Positions 18,940-28,847 of a DNA stretch of 41,348 nt are shown piece by piece. Under the pieces are notes generated by a model, which did no database searches, was not told the DNA's origin, and worked only from the letters and a program-made list of their open reading frames with translations. A program made the translations under genes and the position numbers. The stretch comes from Deltaproteobacteria bacterium. GTDB taxonomy: Bacteria > Myxococcota_A > UBA796 > GCA-2862545. The DNA is taken from contig JAFDJI010000001.1 in NCBI GenBank assembly GCA_019307545.1, positions 1 through 41,348 on the forward strand, read 5' to 3'. Numbering within the stretch: position 1 is the first letter of the stretch; every line of letters starts with the position of its first letter.

Positions 18940-19970
18940 CGTCGTGTCTCCTGGGTGTGCAGCGCCCACCCCGCCAGCTTGTACAGCAGCCGGGCGCCCA
19001 CGATGGCATCCCACTCGTCCGGCCCCGGCGCCACCTCGCACAGGTCGAAGCCTACGATGCGACGCTTGGTTTCTGCGAGCACCCTCAGGAGGACCAGGGC
19101 GTCCTGCCAGGAAAGCCCACCTGGAACCGGGGCCCCGGTGTGAGGGCACAGGGCGGGGTCCAGTCCATCGATGTCGAAGGAGACCCACACCGTCTCGGGC
19201 AGGTGCTCCACCATGTGGTGCGCGAGGCGGCCCCAGGCAGAGCCGCCCGCGAGCAGCCACCCCACGTGGGTCTGGAGCCAGGTCGTGATGTGATCATCCT
19301 CGTTGGCCCTCTCCCATTCGCGCTCGCCCAGGTCGCGGACCCCCACCTGGACGATGGCCGCCACCTGCGGGATGCGGGTGGTGACGTTGTGGAAGACCGA
19401 GGCGTGGGACCAGGTGAACCCCTCGTAGGCAGGTCGCAGGTCGCAGTGTGCGTCCACCTGGAGGATGCCCAGCCCGGGATGTCGGTGTGCGGCTGCCTCG
19501 ATGGCGCCGAAGGCCACGGAGTGGTCGCCCCCGAGGATGGCTGGGATGGCGCCGCGTGCGAAGAGCGATTCGGTGCGCTCGCGGACCCAGGCGTTCAGGC
19601 GCTCGGACACCGCGTCGACCCGACGGCGGGCGGCTGCGATCTCCGGGTCCTCTGCTTCTGTGGCCCCGATCACGCGGAGGGCATCCCGGCTGGCCTGCTC
19701 GTTCCACTCGACCACTTGGGGATCGATCGGCTCCATGGCGATGCCCTGCCTCCAGGGGGACCCGGTCTCGGAGTCGTGGAGGTCGACCTGCCCCGAGGCC
19801 TTTCGGATCGCGTCGGGGGCGGCACGGGTTCCGCGGCGGTAGCTGGCGGTGGCCTCGAAGGGAACCGGAACGACGACGACCGCAGCCTCCTCGACGGTGT
19901 GCGGCAGTCCGAACAGAGCGTCACAGTCCGCGGGCCCGTCGGGGTCGAAGGTCGCGTCTGGCAGTACCAC
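18936..19970 (-). CDS. arginase/ureohydrolase-fold enzyme (agmatinase/formimidoylglutamase-like), 344 aa, GTG start
   Basis: Metal-ligand motifs GGDHS, VDAHCDL and [14 protein letters not shown] lies 5 nt upstream of the GTG at 19968-19970. Confidence 0.85.
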   Translation of the reverse strand: MVLPDATFDPDGPADCDALFGLPHTVEEAAVVVVPVPFEATASYRRGTRAAPDAIRKASGQVDLHDSETGSPWRQGIAMEPIDPQVVEWNEQASRDALRVIGATEAEDPEIAAARRRVDAVSERLNAWVRERTESLFARGAIPAILGGDHSVAFGAIEAAAHRHPGLGILQVDAHCDLRPAYEGFTWSHASVFHNVTTRIPQVAAIVQVGVRDLGEREWERANEDDHITTWLQTHVGWLLAGGSAWGRLAHHMVEHLPETVWVSFDIDGLDPALCPHTGAPVPGGLSWQDALVLLRVLAETKRRIVGFDLCEVAPGPDEWDAIVGARLLYKLAGWALHTQETRR

Positions 19971-20030
19971 CGTTCCCTCCTCGGCCGGACCCGGAGAGCA
20001 AGCTAACCAACCCCCGACCTCCAGGTGGCT

Positions 20031-21137
20031 CTATCCCACGTGGAGGAACAGGTCGGCCAGGGCGGGTCGTGCGTGGCGCAGGGCTTCGAGGATCGCGCCG
20101 TGCAACGACAGGCGCTTCCATTTCGGCATCACCCTGCCCAGGTCGGTCGGGGTGAGCGGACCGCCGTGGGTCGCGTTCGTCCCCAGTCGGGCGAGTGTCG
20201 CGGAGAGCAGGTGGAGGCCCAGGCCGCACGGGACCCCGCCGACAACCTGGAACTGCTTGGACATCAGATCGGAGCGGAGTATCAGGTGCAGGTAGTCGAC
20301 GGCGTGGGGGTCCAGCGGAGGGAGTGGCGCGGAGAGCCCGTCCAGGGCGCGTGCGGCTGCTTGCGCAACCTCTCGCGCGAGGTCGCCGCCGTACGCGGCG
20401 TCCGGCTGTTGGTCTCCGGCCAAGCGGTCGAGGGTCGTCGCCAGCATCCGGAGCAGGGCCTCCATCGCACTTCGGTAGCAGCTGGAGTCGGGCGTTGGCG
20501 GCTTCCTGTTCACCAGGTCATGAAGCAGGAAGCGCAGGTGGGCCACCGCCGCTTCGGGAGCGGATCGCTGGCGATCGAGTTGGGGGAGGAGCACCGCCTC
20601 CAGGGCCATCCAGTCGTCGACCGAGACCGCCGCCGTGGGCAGGATCACCACCTGGTCGGGCACGAACTGCCTCCGCGGGTGAAACGCTGGCAGTGCCAGC
20701 ACGGCGTCCACTTGCTCAGCGATGGGCTGACCGTCCAAGAAGCTGCGGTGGAACCCGCCACAGTCCGCTCGTGCCACCACCACCAGGCCGCGCGTGTCCT
20801 CCACCACGTGGAAGGGGTACTCCCGGCAGAAGGCAGGCTTTGCCTCGGCCCCGAACAGGGCGTGCACGGCACACAGGTTGTCGTCCCGCAGAAATACGCA
20901 ATGCTCGTCCCGCTTGGTGAGGAAAAAGGCCTCTCCACCCTTCGGGTCGGTTCGGCGCTCGTGCCAGGGTGCTTCGGCGGCCGGGGCCCAGTGGGACTCG
21001 ATGTCGCGGGACTGCAGCCCGCTGATGATCTCCGGTTCCACCGGGCCGAAATCGAAGCCCCGGCAGCAGTCGCCGCTGGAGCAGCACGACCACCGCGACC
21101 CGTCGGGGAAACGCACCGTGGCGGAAGAGGTCGTCAT
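20031..21137 (-). CDS. YkgJ/FliB-type cysteine-cluster protein with a long helical C-terminal domain (368 aa)
   Basis: CCSSGDCC near the N-terminus, then CVFL..NLCAVH...PAFCREYPF. ATG at 21135-21137. Confidence 0.7.
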   Translation of the reverse strand: MTTSSATVRFPDGSRWSCCSSGDCCRGFDFGPVEPEIISGLQSRDIESHWAPAAEAPWHERRTDPKGGEAFFLTKRDEHCVFLRDDNLCAVHALFGAEAKPAFCREYPFHVVEDTRGLVVVARADCGGFHRSFLDGQPIAEQVDAVLALPAFHPRRQFVPDQVVILPTAAVSVDDWMALEAVLLPQLDRQRSAPEAAVAHLRFLLHDLVNRKPPTPDSSCYRSAMEALLRMLATTLDRLAGDQQPDAAYGGDLAREVAQAAARALDGLSAPLPPLDPHAVDYLHLILRSDLMSKQFQVVGGVPCGLGLHLLSATLARLGTNATHGGPLTPTDLGRVMPKWKRLSLHGAILEALRHARPALADLFLHVG

Positions 21138-21185
21138 GGAAGCGAAACATACCGCGTGTGGCAGCCCCGGGCGGGCGATAGGTTG

Positions 21186-21488
21186 ATGGAGGATTTCGGG
21201 GGCCGAATGGACCGCGACACGGCGTTGGCATTGTTGGAGAGCCACCATCGATTCCCGGGTTTCTTCGACTTCCGCGTCGTCGTGCCGTCCACCGACAAGG
21301 AGTTGACCGTGTCCGCGATGGTTGCGGGGGCGGGTCCCGGAGCCCGGGTGGAGGACGTGACCGAGCGGGTCTCCAAGAAGGGCAACTACCTGGCGCTTCG
21401 GGTGCGGATCCACCTGGATTCGGCGGGGCGAGTGCTCGATGTGTACGAGGTACTCAACTCCCTCGAGCACGTCCTGACGGCGATGTAG
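21186..21488 (+). CDS. DUF493/YbeD-like small protein (100 aa; alternative start 21207)
   Basis: FPGFFDFRVVV resembles the YbeD signature. This is the coding-like tail of the 20025..21488 ORF. Confidence 0.6.
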   Translation: MEDFGGRMDRDTALALLESHHRFPGFFDFRVVVPSTDKELTVSAMVAGAGPGARVEDVTERVSKKGNYLALRVRIHLDSAGRVLDVYEVLNSLEHVLTAM

Positions 21489-21501
21489 GGCCCGTGTCGA
21501 T

Positions 21502-22566
21502 TCAACTGCGGCGGTTCTGTGGTGCGCGCGCCTGGTCCAGCTTCCGCCTGGCGAGAGGTGCTGCGTCTGCCACCCGTAGGGCCAGGTCGAGCTGGCCCTC
21601 GGCGCGGAGCAGGTTGTGCTCACCACGGCCGCCGTGGCGTGGGTCCCAGCCGAAGTAGGACTCCTCCAGGGCGTCCCGCGCGAACCGGGCGGCCAACTCC
21701 AGGCAGATGCGCTCGATCCCGGGAACGATGGATGCCCATTCTTCTACGGTGGGGCCTCCATTTCCCGATCCAGCCGCGTACCCCCGGATCGCCGCCTCGA
21801 ACAGGGTGAGATCGAAGCGGGCGGTCCGCGCATCCTCGCTGGCCGTGTTGCACCAGGATCGCAGGGCATCTCCCAACTCCGCGTCCAGGGTGCCCCATTG
21901 GAGGGTGTCCAGATCGATAAGCGCGACGGCCTCGCCGTCGAGGAACCGCACGTTCGAGATCTTCAGGTCCCCGTGGAGGACGTGGGTGGGGAGTTCGCGG
22001 GGACCGTCCCACCGGCGCCAGCACTCCAGGATCTGCCCCGAGACGTGCGCAACTGCACGGTGGAGACGGTGCTCCGGCCGGGCCTCCAATGCCGTGCGGA
22101 GGCGCGCCATTTGGGCGTCGGTGTTGTGGACGCTGGGCCGCACGGAGCGGAAATCCCAGGTGAAGTCGCGCAGGGCGGTGTGGAACCGGGCGACCAGCCG
22201 TCCCGCGGACCATGCCATCGCAGGGTCGCGAAGTCGGTGGACCGTATCGCGACCGACATGGGTGAGACACCGCCACACCCCTCCCGCGGGGTCGGTGTGC
22301 CAAAGGGCATTCTCCCGGGTTCGGAGGAGGCGGGGTGTCGGGATGCCCCTTTCGGCCAGGTGGACGGTGACCGCCTCGATGTCCTCGTGTACCTCGGGGA
22401 TGAAGACGTCCGTGTTCAGTCGCTGGAGTACCGCGATGGGGTGACCGCCGACCTCCACCGTCCAGGACTGGTTGATGAGGCCGGCCTCCGCCCCGCCGAT
22501 TGCAGGCGGTGCAGGCCAAGGCCAGGCGTCGAGAACGGTGATCGGGTCGGTCGACATGGTCGGCAT
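21502..22566 (-). CDS. aminoglycoside-phosphotransferase-fold (APH/choline-kinase-like) kinase, 354 aa
   Basis: HGDLKISNVRF (catalytic loop) and ALIDLD (metal-binding). Confidence 0.8.
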   Translation of the reverse strand: MPTMSTDPITVLDAWPWPAPPAIGGAEAGLINQSWTVEVGGHPIAVLQRLNTDVFIPEVHEDIEAVTVHLAERGIPTPRLLRTRENALWHTDPAGGVWRCLTHVGRDTVHRLRDPAMAWSAGRLVARFHTALRDFTWDFRSVRPSVHNTDAQMARLRTALEARPEHRLHRAVAHVSGQILECWRRWDGPRELPTHVLHGDLKISNVRFLDGEAVALIDLDTLQWGTLDAELGDALRSWCNTASEDARTARFDLTLFEAAIRGYAAGSGNGGPTVEEWASIVPGIERICLELAARFARDALEESYFGWDPRHGGRGEHNLLRAEGQLDLALRVADAAPLARRKLDQARAPQNRRS

Positions 22567-22610
22567 GCTAACCGCTGTGCTACATCTCCCTTCTTCGATG
22601 GGAGGCTCCG

Positions 22611-23450
22611 ATGGGGCGCGTGGATGACTACCTCGACTTGGTGGAGGATCCGTCGGGCGAGGGACTGGTGCTGGGCGATCCGGCCGACGAGGCGCTGATC
22701 GCGCTCCTGGTCCAGGTGGCTTTCTCCGATGGTGTGGTCGACGATCGGGAGCTTTCCTTCATGGAGAAGGTGCTTCCTGGACGGGACCCGGAAGAGCTGC
22801 GGGAATGGATCCAACTGCAGGGGTCGACCGATCTGGACCTGGAGGCACTGGGCGAGGCGCTGCCCACCCTGGAGGAGCGATGGGCCGGTCTTCGGTTCGC
22901 GGCGCGGATGGCCTTCAAGGACGGGGTGCTGGCCGAACAGGAGCGCGACCTGCTCGCACGCCTGTCCGTCGCGCTGGAGTTGCCCCGGAACGCCCACGAG
23001 CGGGTCCTGGGTGAGATGGAGGGTCGGGTCAAGGTGGCGGTCACCGCCGAGCGGTTGTCCCAGGCGCTCGCGTCCAACCAGTGGAAGGCGGTGCAGCATG
23101 GATCCGGTGAGTTGCGCAGCACCTTGAACGCGTTGGTGCCGGAGGGCACCGTGATCCTCGGACGCATCGGCCTGGACAACGTCGAGGTCCTCGGATTCAC
23201 TGACCAGGGAATCGTGGGGCGCTTCCAGGAGGGCGAGGCCTTCATTCCCTGGGAGGACGTGGTGACCTACAACCGCGTGCCAGACCTGGGTGCGGCCATC
23301 CGGATCCACACCGAGTCGGGCCGTCGCTGGACCCTGGTAGACCATCGGTTGAATGGGCTGGGGCCGTTCTTCGACAAGCTCTTCGCCACCCCGGACCAAC
23401 GACCACGCGGCCCTGGGCCGAAGGTGCTCCGGGTGCGTGGAGAGGAATGA
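22611..23450 (+). CDS. TerB-like N-terminal domain protein with an unrecognised beta-rich C-terminal domain (279 aa)
   Basis: ALLVQVAFSDGVVDDRELSFMEKVL and AARMAFKDGVLAEQERDLL are TerB-type repeats. GGGAGG lies upstream of the ATG at 22611. Confidence 0.7.
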   Translation: MGRVDDYLDLVEDPSGEGLVLGDPADEALIALLVQVAFSDGVVDDRELSFMEKVLPGRDPEELREWIQLQGSTDLDLEALGEALPTLEERWAGLRFAARMAFKDGVLAEQERDLLARLSVALELPRNAHERVLGEMEGRVKVAVTAERLSQALASNQWKAVQHGSGELRSTLNALVPEGTVILGRIGLDNVEVLGFTDQGIVGRFQEGEAFIPWEDVVTYNRVPDLGAAIRIHTESGRRWTLVDHRLNGLGPFFDKLFATPDQRPRGPGPKVLRVRGEE

Positions 23451-24112
23451 GCGTCGCCTTCTTCGACCTGGACCGGACCCTCGTCGACGTCAACTCCGCT
23501 CGACTGTGGATCCGGTACGAATGGGAGCATGGGAACCTCTCGTCCCGCCAGGTGGTGCGGGCCACGTGGTGGCTGTTCAAGTACTCCCTCGGATTCGGGA
23601 GGGACATGCTGGATGCCTACCGGGAGGCCGTCGCCACCCTCGAGGGAAGGGAGGAGGCCGATTTGGCGAGGCAAACCCGAGACTGGTTCGACGACCAGGT
23701 GCGCGGGCACCTCCGGCCCGGCGCCCGCGCCGCCCTCGCCCATCACCGGGAGGCGGGCGACCTGCTGGTTGTGGCCACGTCCTCTTCCACCTATGCGGCT
23801 GGCGCCGCCAGGGATGCCTTTGGCCTCGACGAGACCATCTGCACCGCGTTCGAGGTGGTGGAGGGTCGCTTCACCGGCGCCATCGGTGCCTCGGCCTATG
23901 GCGATGACAAGGCCGACCGGGTTCGCGAGTGGGCGGCTGATCGCGGCGTCGACCTCGACGAATGCACCTTCTACACGGACTCGATGTCCGATCTGGCGCT
24001 CCTCGAGATCATGGGGAACCCCGTCGTGGTGAACCCGGATCGGCGACTCGCGAGGCTTGCAGGGGAGCGGGGCTGGGCGATCGTGGACTGGGGATTGGCC
24101 GGGAGCCCGTAG
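23447..24112 (+). CDS. HAD-IB family hydrolase (SerB-like phosphatase fold), 221 aa
   Basis: FFDLDRTLV (motif I), VVATSSS (motif II), YGDDKA...FYTDSMSDLALL (motifs III/IV). ATGA overlap with the TerB-like gene. Confidence 0.85.
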   Translation: MSVAFFDLDRTLVDVNSARLWIRYEWEHGNLSSRQVVRATWWLFKYSLGFGRDMLDAYREAVATLEGREEADLARQTRDWFDDQVRGHLRPGARAALAHHREAGDLLVVATSSSTYAAGAARDAFGLDETICTAFEVVEGRFTGAIGASAYGDDKADRVREWAADRGVDLDECTFYTDSMSDLALLEIMGNPVVVNPDRRLARLAGERGWAIVDWGLAGSP

Positions 24113-24145
24113 CGCAGGGGAACGGACCGCTGTTCCAGCGGCCCG

Positions 24146-24352
24146 CTAGTCTTCTTCCGTCTCCAACCTCTTGACGATCGCCTGGAGATCATCGAAGGAC
24201 AGCGACACGGTGCTGTTGCACTTTGGGCACCGCCCCGAGACCAGCCAGTCGAACTGGGTATTCGCATCCTCGCCGGGATCTCGGGGCGCCATGGCGGTGT
24301 AGTCGAACTCAGCGCCGCAGGTCGGACAGGTCACGCTCGAGGATTCACCCAT
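24146..24352 (-). CDS. small zinc-ribbon protein (68 aa)
   Basis: CPTCG...CPKCN four-Cys arrangement with an acidic C-terminus. Only the last 68 codons of the 215-aa ORF look coding. Confidence 0.5.
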   Translation of the reverse strand: MGESSSVTCPTCGAEFDYTAMAPRDPGEDANTQFDWLVSGRCPKCNSTVSLSFDDLQAIVKRLETEED

Positions 24353-24408
24353 TGTCGCCTCGCTGTTGTGTAGCATCCTGCACTGTGGCGCCGGATGCAA
24401 ACACTTGC

Positions 24409-24837
24409 TTACTTGGCTTCGATGTCGGGGATGCGACGGATGAAGTCCCCCGGCTCGACCTCGTTGGCCTCGAACCAGCCTCGATTCATCTCCAGCGCAT
24501 ACCTCGTGGGGTACAGGCTTTGGGTGGAGCGTGTATCCATGGACTTCATGTCGGTGATGCGGACGATCTCGCCGCTGGAATCCGAGAAAGCGATGTCCAG
24601 CGGGAAGGGGACGTTCTTCATCCAGAACGACCGCGGTGTCTCGTCCGGGTACATGAAGAGCATGCCGCGGTTCGACTTCAGGGAATCGCGATGCATCAGC
24701 CCCCGGGTGCGGAGCTCCGGCGTGGCCGCGACCTCGACCCGGATCGCATGATCCCCCACATCGATGGTGGCGACGGGAAAGGTGCTTCGGCACCCGGCGA
24801 GGAGGATCAGCGCGGTAAAAAAGATGTCGGTCTTCAC
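24409..24837 (-). CDS. DUF192-family lipoprotein (142 aa, GTG start)
   Basis: Lipobox [14 protein letters not shown]...[14 protein letters not shown] is the DUF192 signature. The GTG at 24835-24837 overlaps the ruvB TGA (GTGA). Confidence 0.75.
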   Translation of the reverse strand: MKTDIFFTALILLAGCRSTFPVATIDVGDHAIRVEVAATPELRTRGLMHRDSLKSNRGMLFMYPDETPRSFWMKNVPFPLDIAFSDSSGEIVRITDMKSMDTRSTQSLYPTRYALEMNRGWFEANEVEPGDFIRRIPDIEAK

Positions 24838-25835
24838 AGAAGCGTCCCCTGCGGGGGCTCCGCGATGCCCAGGTGTTCCTTTCCGCGCGGGGTGACGACC
24901 CTGCCCCGCGGCGTTCGGTGCAGGAAACCCTGCTGGATGAGGTACGGCTCGTAGGTCTCCTCGATGGTGTCGGGGGACTCCCCGATGGCGGCAGCCAGGG
25001 TGTCCAGCCCCACCGGACCGCCGGAGAACTTCACGGCAATGGTGTGCAGGATGCGGCGGTCCATCTTGTCCAGGCCCATTTCGTCGACCTCCAGCCGCTG
25101 CAGGGCGATTCGAGTGATCTCGGCGTCGATCGTTCCGTCGCCCTCCACCTGGGCGAAGTCCCGCACTCTCCGGAGCAGGCGGTTTACGATGCGTGGCGTG
25201 CCGCGTGCGCGACGGGCCAGCTCCCGGCGGCCCTCTGGAGTGACGACGATGTCGAGACGCTCGGCGGAGCGGCGGAGGATCTGCTCCAACTCCTCTGGGC
25301 TGTAGAAATCGAAGGTGCAGTGGATGCCGAAGCGGCTCCGCAACGGGGCGGTGAGCAGCCCGGAGCGGGTTGTCGCTCCCACCAGGGTGAAGCGGCACAG
25401 GGGTAGCTTCACCGATTGAGCCCCCGGGCCGGACCCGATCACCACGTCGATCTCGAAGTCCTCGAGCGCTGGATAGAGCACCTCCTCCACCGCGCGGTTC
25501 AAGCGGTGGATCTCGTCGATGAACAACACATCGTGGTCTTCGAGACTGGTGAGGATCGCCGCCAGGTCGCCTCCGCGCTCGATGGTGGGACCAGACGCCG
25601 TGCGGGTACGTACCCCCATCTCTTCGGACATGACGTAGGCGAGGGAGGTCTTGCCCAGGCCGGGGGGACCCGCGAGCAGCGTGTGGTCGAGTGGCTCGTC
25701 GCGCTCCAGCGCCGCACGGATGTAGACGCGCAGGTTCTCGACGATGCGCAGCTGCCCCACGAACTCGGACAGGTCGCGTGGGCGGAGCGCCGGGTCGGCG
25801 CGTTCGAGGCCGTGTGGGTCGATGAAGCGGGTCAT
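24834..25835 (-). CDS. ruvB: Holliday junction branch migration DNA helicase RuvB
   Basis: [12 protein letters not shown], the Walker [21 protein letters not shown], and the RuvB C-terminal [18 protein letters not shown]. Confidence 0.97.
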   Translation of the reverse strand: MTRFIDPHGLERADPALRPRDLSEFVGQLRIVENLRVYIRAALERDEPLDHTLLAGPPGLGKTSLAYVMSEEMGVRTRTASGPTIERGGDLAAILTSLEDHDVLFIDEIHRLNRAVEEVLYPALEDFEIDVVIGSGPGAQSVKLPLCRFTLVGATTRSGLLTAPLRSRFGIHCTFDFYSPEELEQILRRSAERLDIVVTPEGRRELARRARGTPRIVNRLLRRVRDFAQVEGDGTIDAEITRIALQRLEVDEMGLDKMDRRILHTIAVKFSGGPVGLDTLAAAIGESPDTIEETYEPYLIQQGFLHRTPRGRVVTPRGKEHLGIAEPPQGTLL

Positions 25836-25838
25836 GGG

Positions 25839-26432
25839 TCAGTTCCCGTACAGGATCTTGAGCGCGGCGCGCAACCGGTCGGCGACCGGAGCGTCTCGGC
25901 CCACACCTGCCTCGGCGAGCCCCTTGCTGGCGCGGGCGATCTCGAACCTGCTGTATCCCAGCCGTTGCAGCGCCAGGACCAGGGTGTCCGGCCCGGCTGA
26001 AACCGGCTCGCGAGATCCGGGATGGGGAAAGCTCAAGGGCATCTTGCCCTTCAACTCCAGCACGAGCCGCTGTGCGGTCCGCTTCCCCACCCCGGTGATC
26101 CGGGTGAGGGAGGCGATGTCGTCTTCTTCCACCGCCAGCGCGAGTTCGGGCACCGTGAACGCGTCCAGGGCGGCCAGGGCAACCCTCGGGCCCACCCCCG
26201 TCACGGTCATCAGCAGTTGGTACACGCTCCGCTCGGTGGCGTCGGAGAAGCCATACAAGGTGATGGCGTCCTCCCGGACATAGGTGGCCACGTGCACCTC
26301 GACCTCGTCCTCCTGGAACCAGGCGTCCATCCCCCGATTCGTGGCGAACACTTCATACCCGACCCCGTTGACGTCCAGGACGCACCATTTGTCGTTCCGG
26401 AACAGCGGTCGTCCCCGCAACAAGGCGATCAT
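25839..26432 (-). CDS. ruvA: Holliday junction DNA-binding protein RuvA
   Basis: MIALLRGR...VLDVNGVGYEV...LYGF, and the HhH motif ITGVGKRTAQRLVLELK. The ATG overlaps the ruvC stop (ATGA). Confidence 0.93.
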   Translation of the reverse strand: MIALLRGRPLFRNDKWCVLDVNGVGYEVFATNRGMDAWFQEDEVEVHVATYVREDAITLYGFSDATERSVYQLLMTVTGVGPRVALAALDAFTVPELALAVEEDDIASLTRITGVGKRTAQRLVLELKGKMPLSFPHPGSREPVSAGPDTLVLALQRLGYSRFEIARASKGLAEAGVGRDAPVADRLRAALKILYGN

Positions 26433-26920
26433 CGCGTACCTCCGGCCAGGGGAAATCGTGCGTGGGAGCAGTGGGTGATCGCGATGGCCAGGGCGTCGGT
26501 GACGTCGGCCGGGCCTTTCACGGTCGTTCCGAGCAGCATCTGAACCATGTTTGCCACCGCCTTCTTGTCGGCACGGCCGTGGGCGCCTACACTTTTCTTC
26601 ACGGTCATCGGGTTGTACTCGAAGGGGACGTACCCACACTGCCGGGCCGCCAGCAGGGCCACGCCTCGCGCATGACCCAGTCGCAGGGCGCTCTCCGAGG
26701 ACCGATGACGGAAGATCGCTTCGATCGCCACTGCGTCGGGCTCGTGGGCTCGGAGGGCCTCGAGCAGGCCGTCGTGGATGGCGACGAGCCGGTCCGAGAG
26801 CGGAAGACCAGCACTGGTGCGGATGAAACCGCTGTCGACATAATGAAGGCGGCCGCGGCGCTGCTCGATGATGCCGAAACCAGTGACGCTGGAGCCTGGG
26901 TCGATGCCAAAGACGACCAT
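26429..26920 (-). CDS. ruvC: crossover junction endodeoxyribonuclease RuvC
   Basis: VFGIDPGSSVTGFGII, AIEAIF, and DVTDALAIAITH. Confidence 0.95.
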   Translation of the reverse strand: MVVFGIDPGSSVTGFGIIEQRRGRLHYVDSGFIRTSAGLPLSDRLVAIHDGLLEALRAHEPDAVAIEAIFRHRSSESALRLGHARGVALLAARQCGYVPFEYNPMTVKKSVGAHGRADKKAVANMVQMLLGTTVKGPADVTDALAIAITHCSHARFPLAGGTR

Positions 26921-26976
26921 GGGGGGAAGTGGAGGCGGGGGTTTCAGGTGGGGGAAGGGCGTTAGTCTAGCGCATC

Positions 26977-27828
26977 ATGGCGCCCGTTCCATCCGGTCTG
27001 ATCCCGCAGCGACGGCTCGTACGGGCCTTCTCTCGCGAGGGAGAGGGGGTGCATACGGGGGCGGTGGCACGGGTGACGGTTGCCCCCGCTCCCTTCGGGA
27101 CGGGGATCACCTTTCGCGCCGGGCATCAGCTTCCGGCGCGGATCGAGCACGTAACTGGCTCCGAAGGGGCAACCGCATTGGGACTCGGTCCAGCGCGCGT
27201 GGTCACCGTGGAGCACCTGCTCGGCGCTCTGTACGGCGCGGGCATCACCGATGCCTGGGTGACGGTGCGGGGACCGGAATTGCCGATCCTCGATGGGTCA
27301 GCGCGGCCCTGGGCGGACGGCATCGCCGCGGTCGGCACCGAGACCGGGCCGCCCGCAGCAGTGATCGCGATCCTCGAGGTGGTGCGGGTGGAGGAGGGGG
27401 CGACCTGGGCAGAGCTGCGGCCGTGCGCCCGCTGCGAGGTCGCCGTGGAGGTGGACTATGACGATCCCATGCTCCCGCGCGGCGCCATCGAGGTGGCGCT
27501 GGAAGGCGAGCGGTTCCGGGAGGAGGTGGCGTGGGCGCGGACCTTTGTGCTGGAGCGTGACATCCTCCGGCTGCGGGACCTCGGACGAGGGCGGGGGGCG
27601 ACGCCGGAGAACACGGTGGTATGGGGGTCGAAGGGCCCATCCGCTCCCTTGAGGGCCGCGGATGAGCCGGTACGGCACAAGCTCCTCGACGCGGTGGGCG
27701 ATCTCGCGCTCCTCGGCGCACCGCTGCGCGGTCGGATGGTGGTCCACCGAGGGAGCCACGCGCTCCACCACCACCTCCTGCGGACCCTGCGGGAGCGGAA
27801 GGAGGCCTGGACACTGGTGGAGCCCTGA
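26977..27828 (+). CDS. lpxC: UDP-3-O-acyl-N-acetylglucosamine deacetylase
   Basis: GVHTG...TVEHLLGALYGAGITD, PILDGSA, and VRHKLLDAVGDLALLG (Zn ligands). Confidence 0.92.
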   Translation: MAPVPSGLIPQRRLVRAFSREGEGVHTGAVARVTVAPAPFGTGITFRAGHQLPARIEHVTGSEGATALGLGPARVVTVEHLLGALYGAGITDAWVTVRGPELPILDGSARPWADGIAAVGTETGPPAAVIAILEVVRVEEGATWAELRPCARCEVAVEVDYDDPMLPRGAIEVALEGERFREEVAWARTFVLERDILRLRDLGRGRGATPENTVVWGSKGPSAPLRAADEPVRHKLLDAVGDLALLGAPLRGRMVVHRGSHALHHHLLRTLRERKEAWTLVEP

Positions 27829-27869
27829 GAGGTCGCGGGAGGAGGCCCAGCGCTTTGCGCCACGGTCTC

Positions 27870-28796
27870 CTATCGGGGCTTGATCGCTACCGCCGTCCAG
27901 ACGCGGTTCAGCGGACCCCACACCGGGTGCGCCCGGCACGCCTGCTCGACCTCGAGTAGCTGGGCCAGGTCCATGTCCTCCGGCGCGCTCTGCTCCAGCG
28001 GCCCTTCCGGGACGTAGTGGGTCGCCACGAGCCGTTCCACCTGCAGCCCGGCGTCTTCGAGCTCGGCTCGCAGCTCCGCCCGGTCGTACGTGCGGACCCA
28101 GCGATCGCCTGGGATGTCTACCACCCGCTCCGTTCCGACGATGGGGGACAGAGCCGTGGGTGCCGCATCCGCGCTGGAGGCCCATCCATAGCGGGCTTCC
28201 AGGGATACGAGGAGCGCACCGCCGGGACGGAGCCGCTCCACAATCTCGTGGAGGACGGGCTTGGTGTCCGGCACGTAGCAGAGAACCTCGCAGGCGATCA
28301 CCACGTCCAGGTCGAATACGGGGGGAAGCCTGTGAATCGCGCTCCAGTGCAGGTCGAGGCGTCCCGGTCGCCCTGCGGCGCGCCAGGCGCACCGCTGTAG
28401 GCTGTGCAGGTCGCCGTCCACCCCCCACACCGTCGCACCCCGGTCCAGGAGGGGAAGCACGAAACGACCGATACCGCATCCGACGTCGAGCACGCGTCGG
28501 CCGCTCAGCCAGGGCCGCCACCAGTGCAGGTACAGGTCTCGAGCGGCCCGCTTGAGGGGGTACGCCGGCGACTCCGGGTCGAGGTAGTCCATCCACTCGG
28601 GCCATTCCTCCCAGGCGGTTCGGGCGGCTTCCAGGTAGGCGTTTGCGGGGGCACCCGTTCCGAGCACTGCTCGGTCCTCGCAGGGCAGCAGGAAGGGGAC
28701 CTCGAACAAGGGTTCCAGTGCCGCCGCAGCATAGGGCGGTTCGCCTTCCAGGGAGACCGGACGCCCATCGGGGAATGTGGCGCGAGAGAGGCTCAT
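27870..28796 (-). CDS. class I SAM-dependent methyltransferase (308 aa)
   Basis: RVLDVGCGIGRF (motif I), VIACEVLCYV, and LRPGGALLVS. ATG at 28794-28796. Confidence 0.8.
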   Translation of the reverse strand: MSLSRATFPDGRPVSLEGEPPYAAAALEPLFEVPFLLPCEDRAVLGTGAPANAYLEAARTAWEEWPEWMDYLDPESPAYPLKRAARDLYLHWWRPWLSGRRVLDVGCGIGRFVLPLLDRGATVWGVDGDLHSLQRCAWRAAGRPGRLDLHWSAIHRLPPVFDLDVVIACEVLCYVPDTKPVLHEIVERLRPGGALLVSLEARYGWASSADAAPTALSPIVGTERVVDIPGDRWVRTYDRAELRAELEDAGLQVERLVATHYVPEGPLEQSAPEDMDLAQLLEVEQACRAHPVWGPLNRVWTAVAIKPR

Positions 28797-28847
28797 CTGC
28801 ACCGCCCGTCCACGTTCTGCTAACCTGGGCGCCGTTCTGGAGGTGAC

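Noticed and set aside
24353-24408. 6-bp inverted repeat gcatcc...ggatgc between the zinc-ribbon gene and the DUF192 gene
   Set aside because: It has a 14-nt loop, a short stem and no T-tract. It cannot be told apart from chance.
27298-28605. 435-aa minus-strand ORF, with similar long ORFs at 27245-27814 and 26100-7020-type frames
   Set aside because: These overlap lpxC and the methyltransferase out of frame or in antisense, with R/P/G/A-dominated composition. They are not supported.
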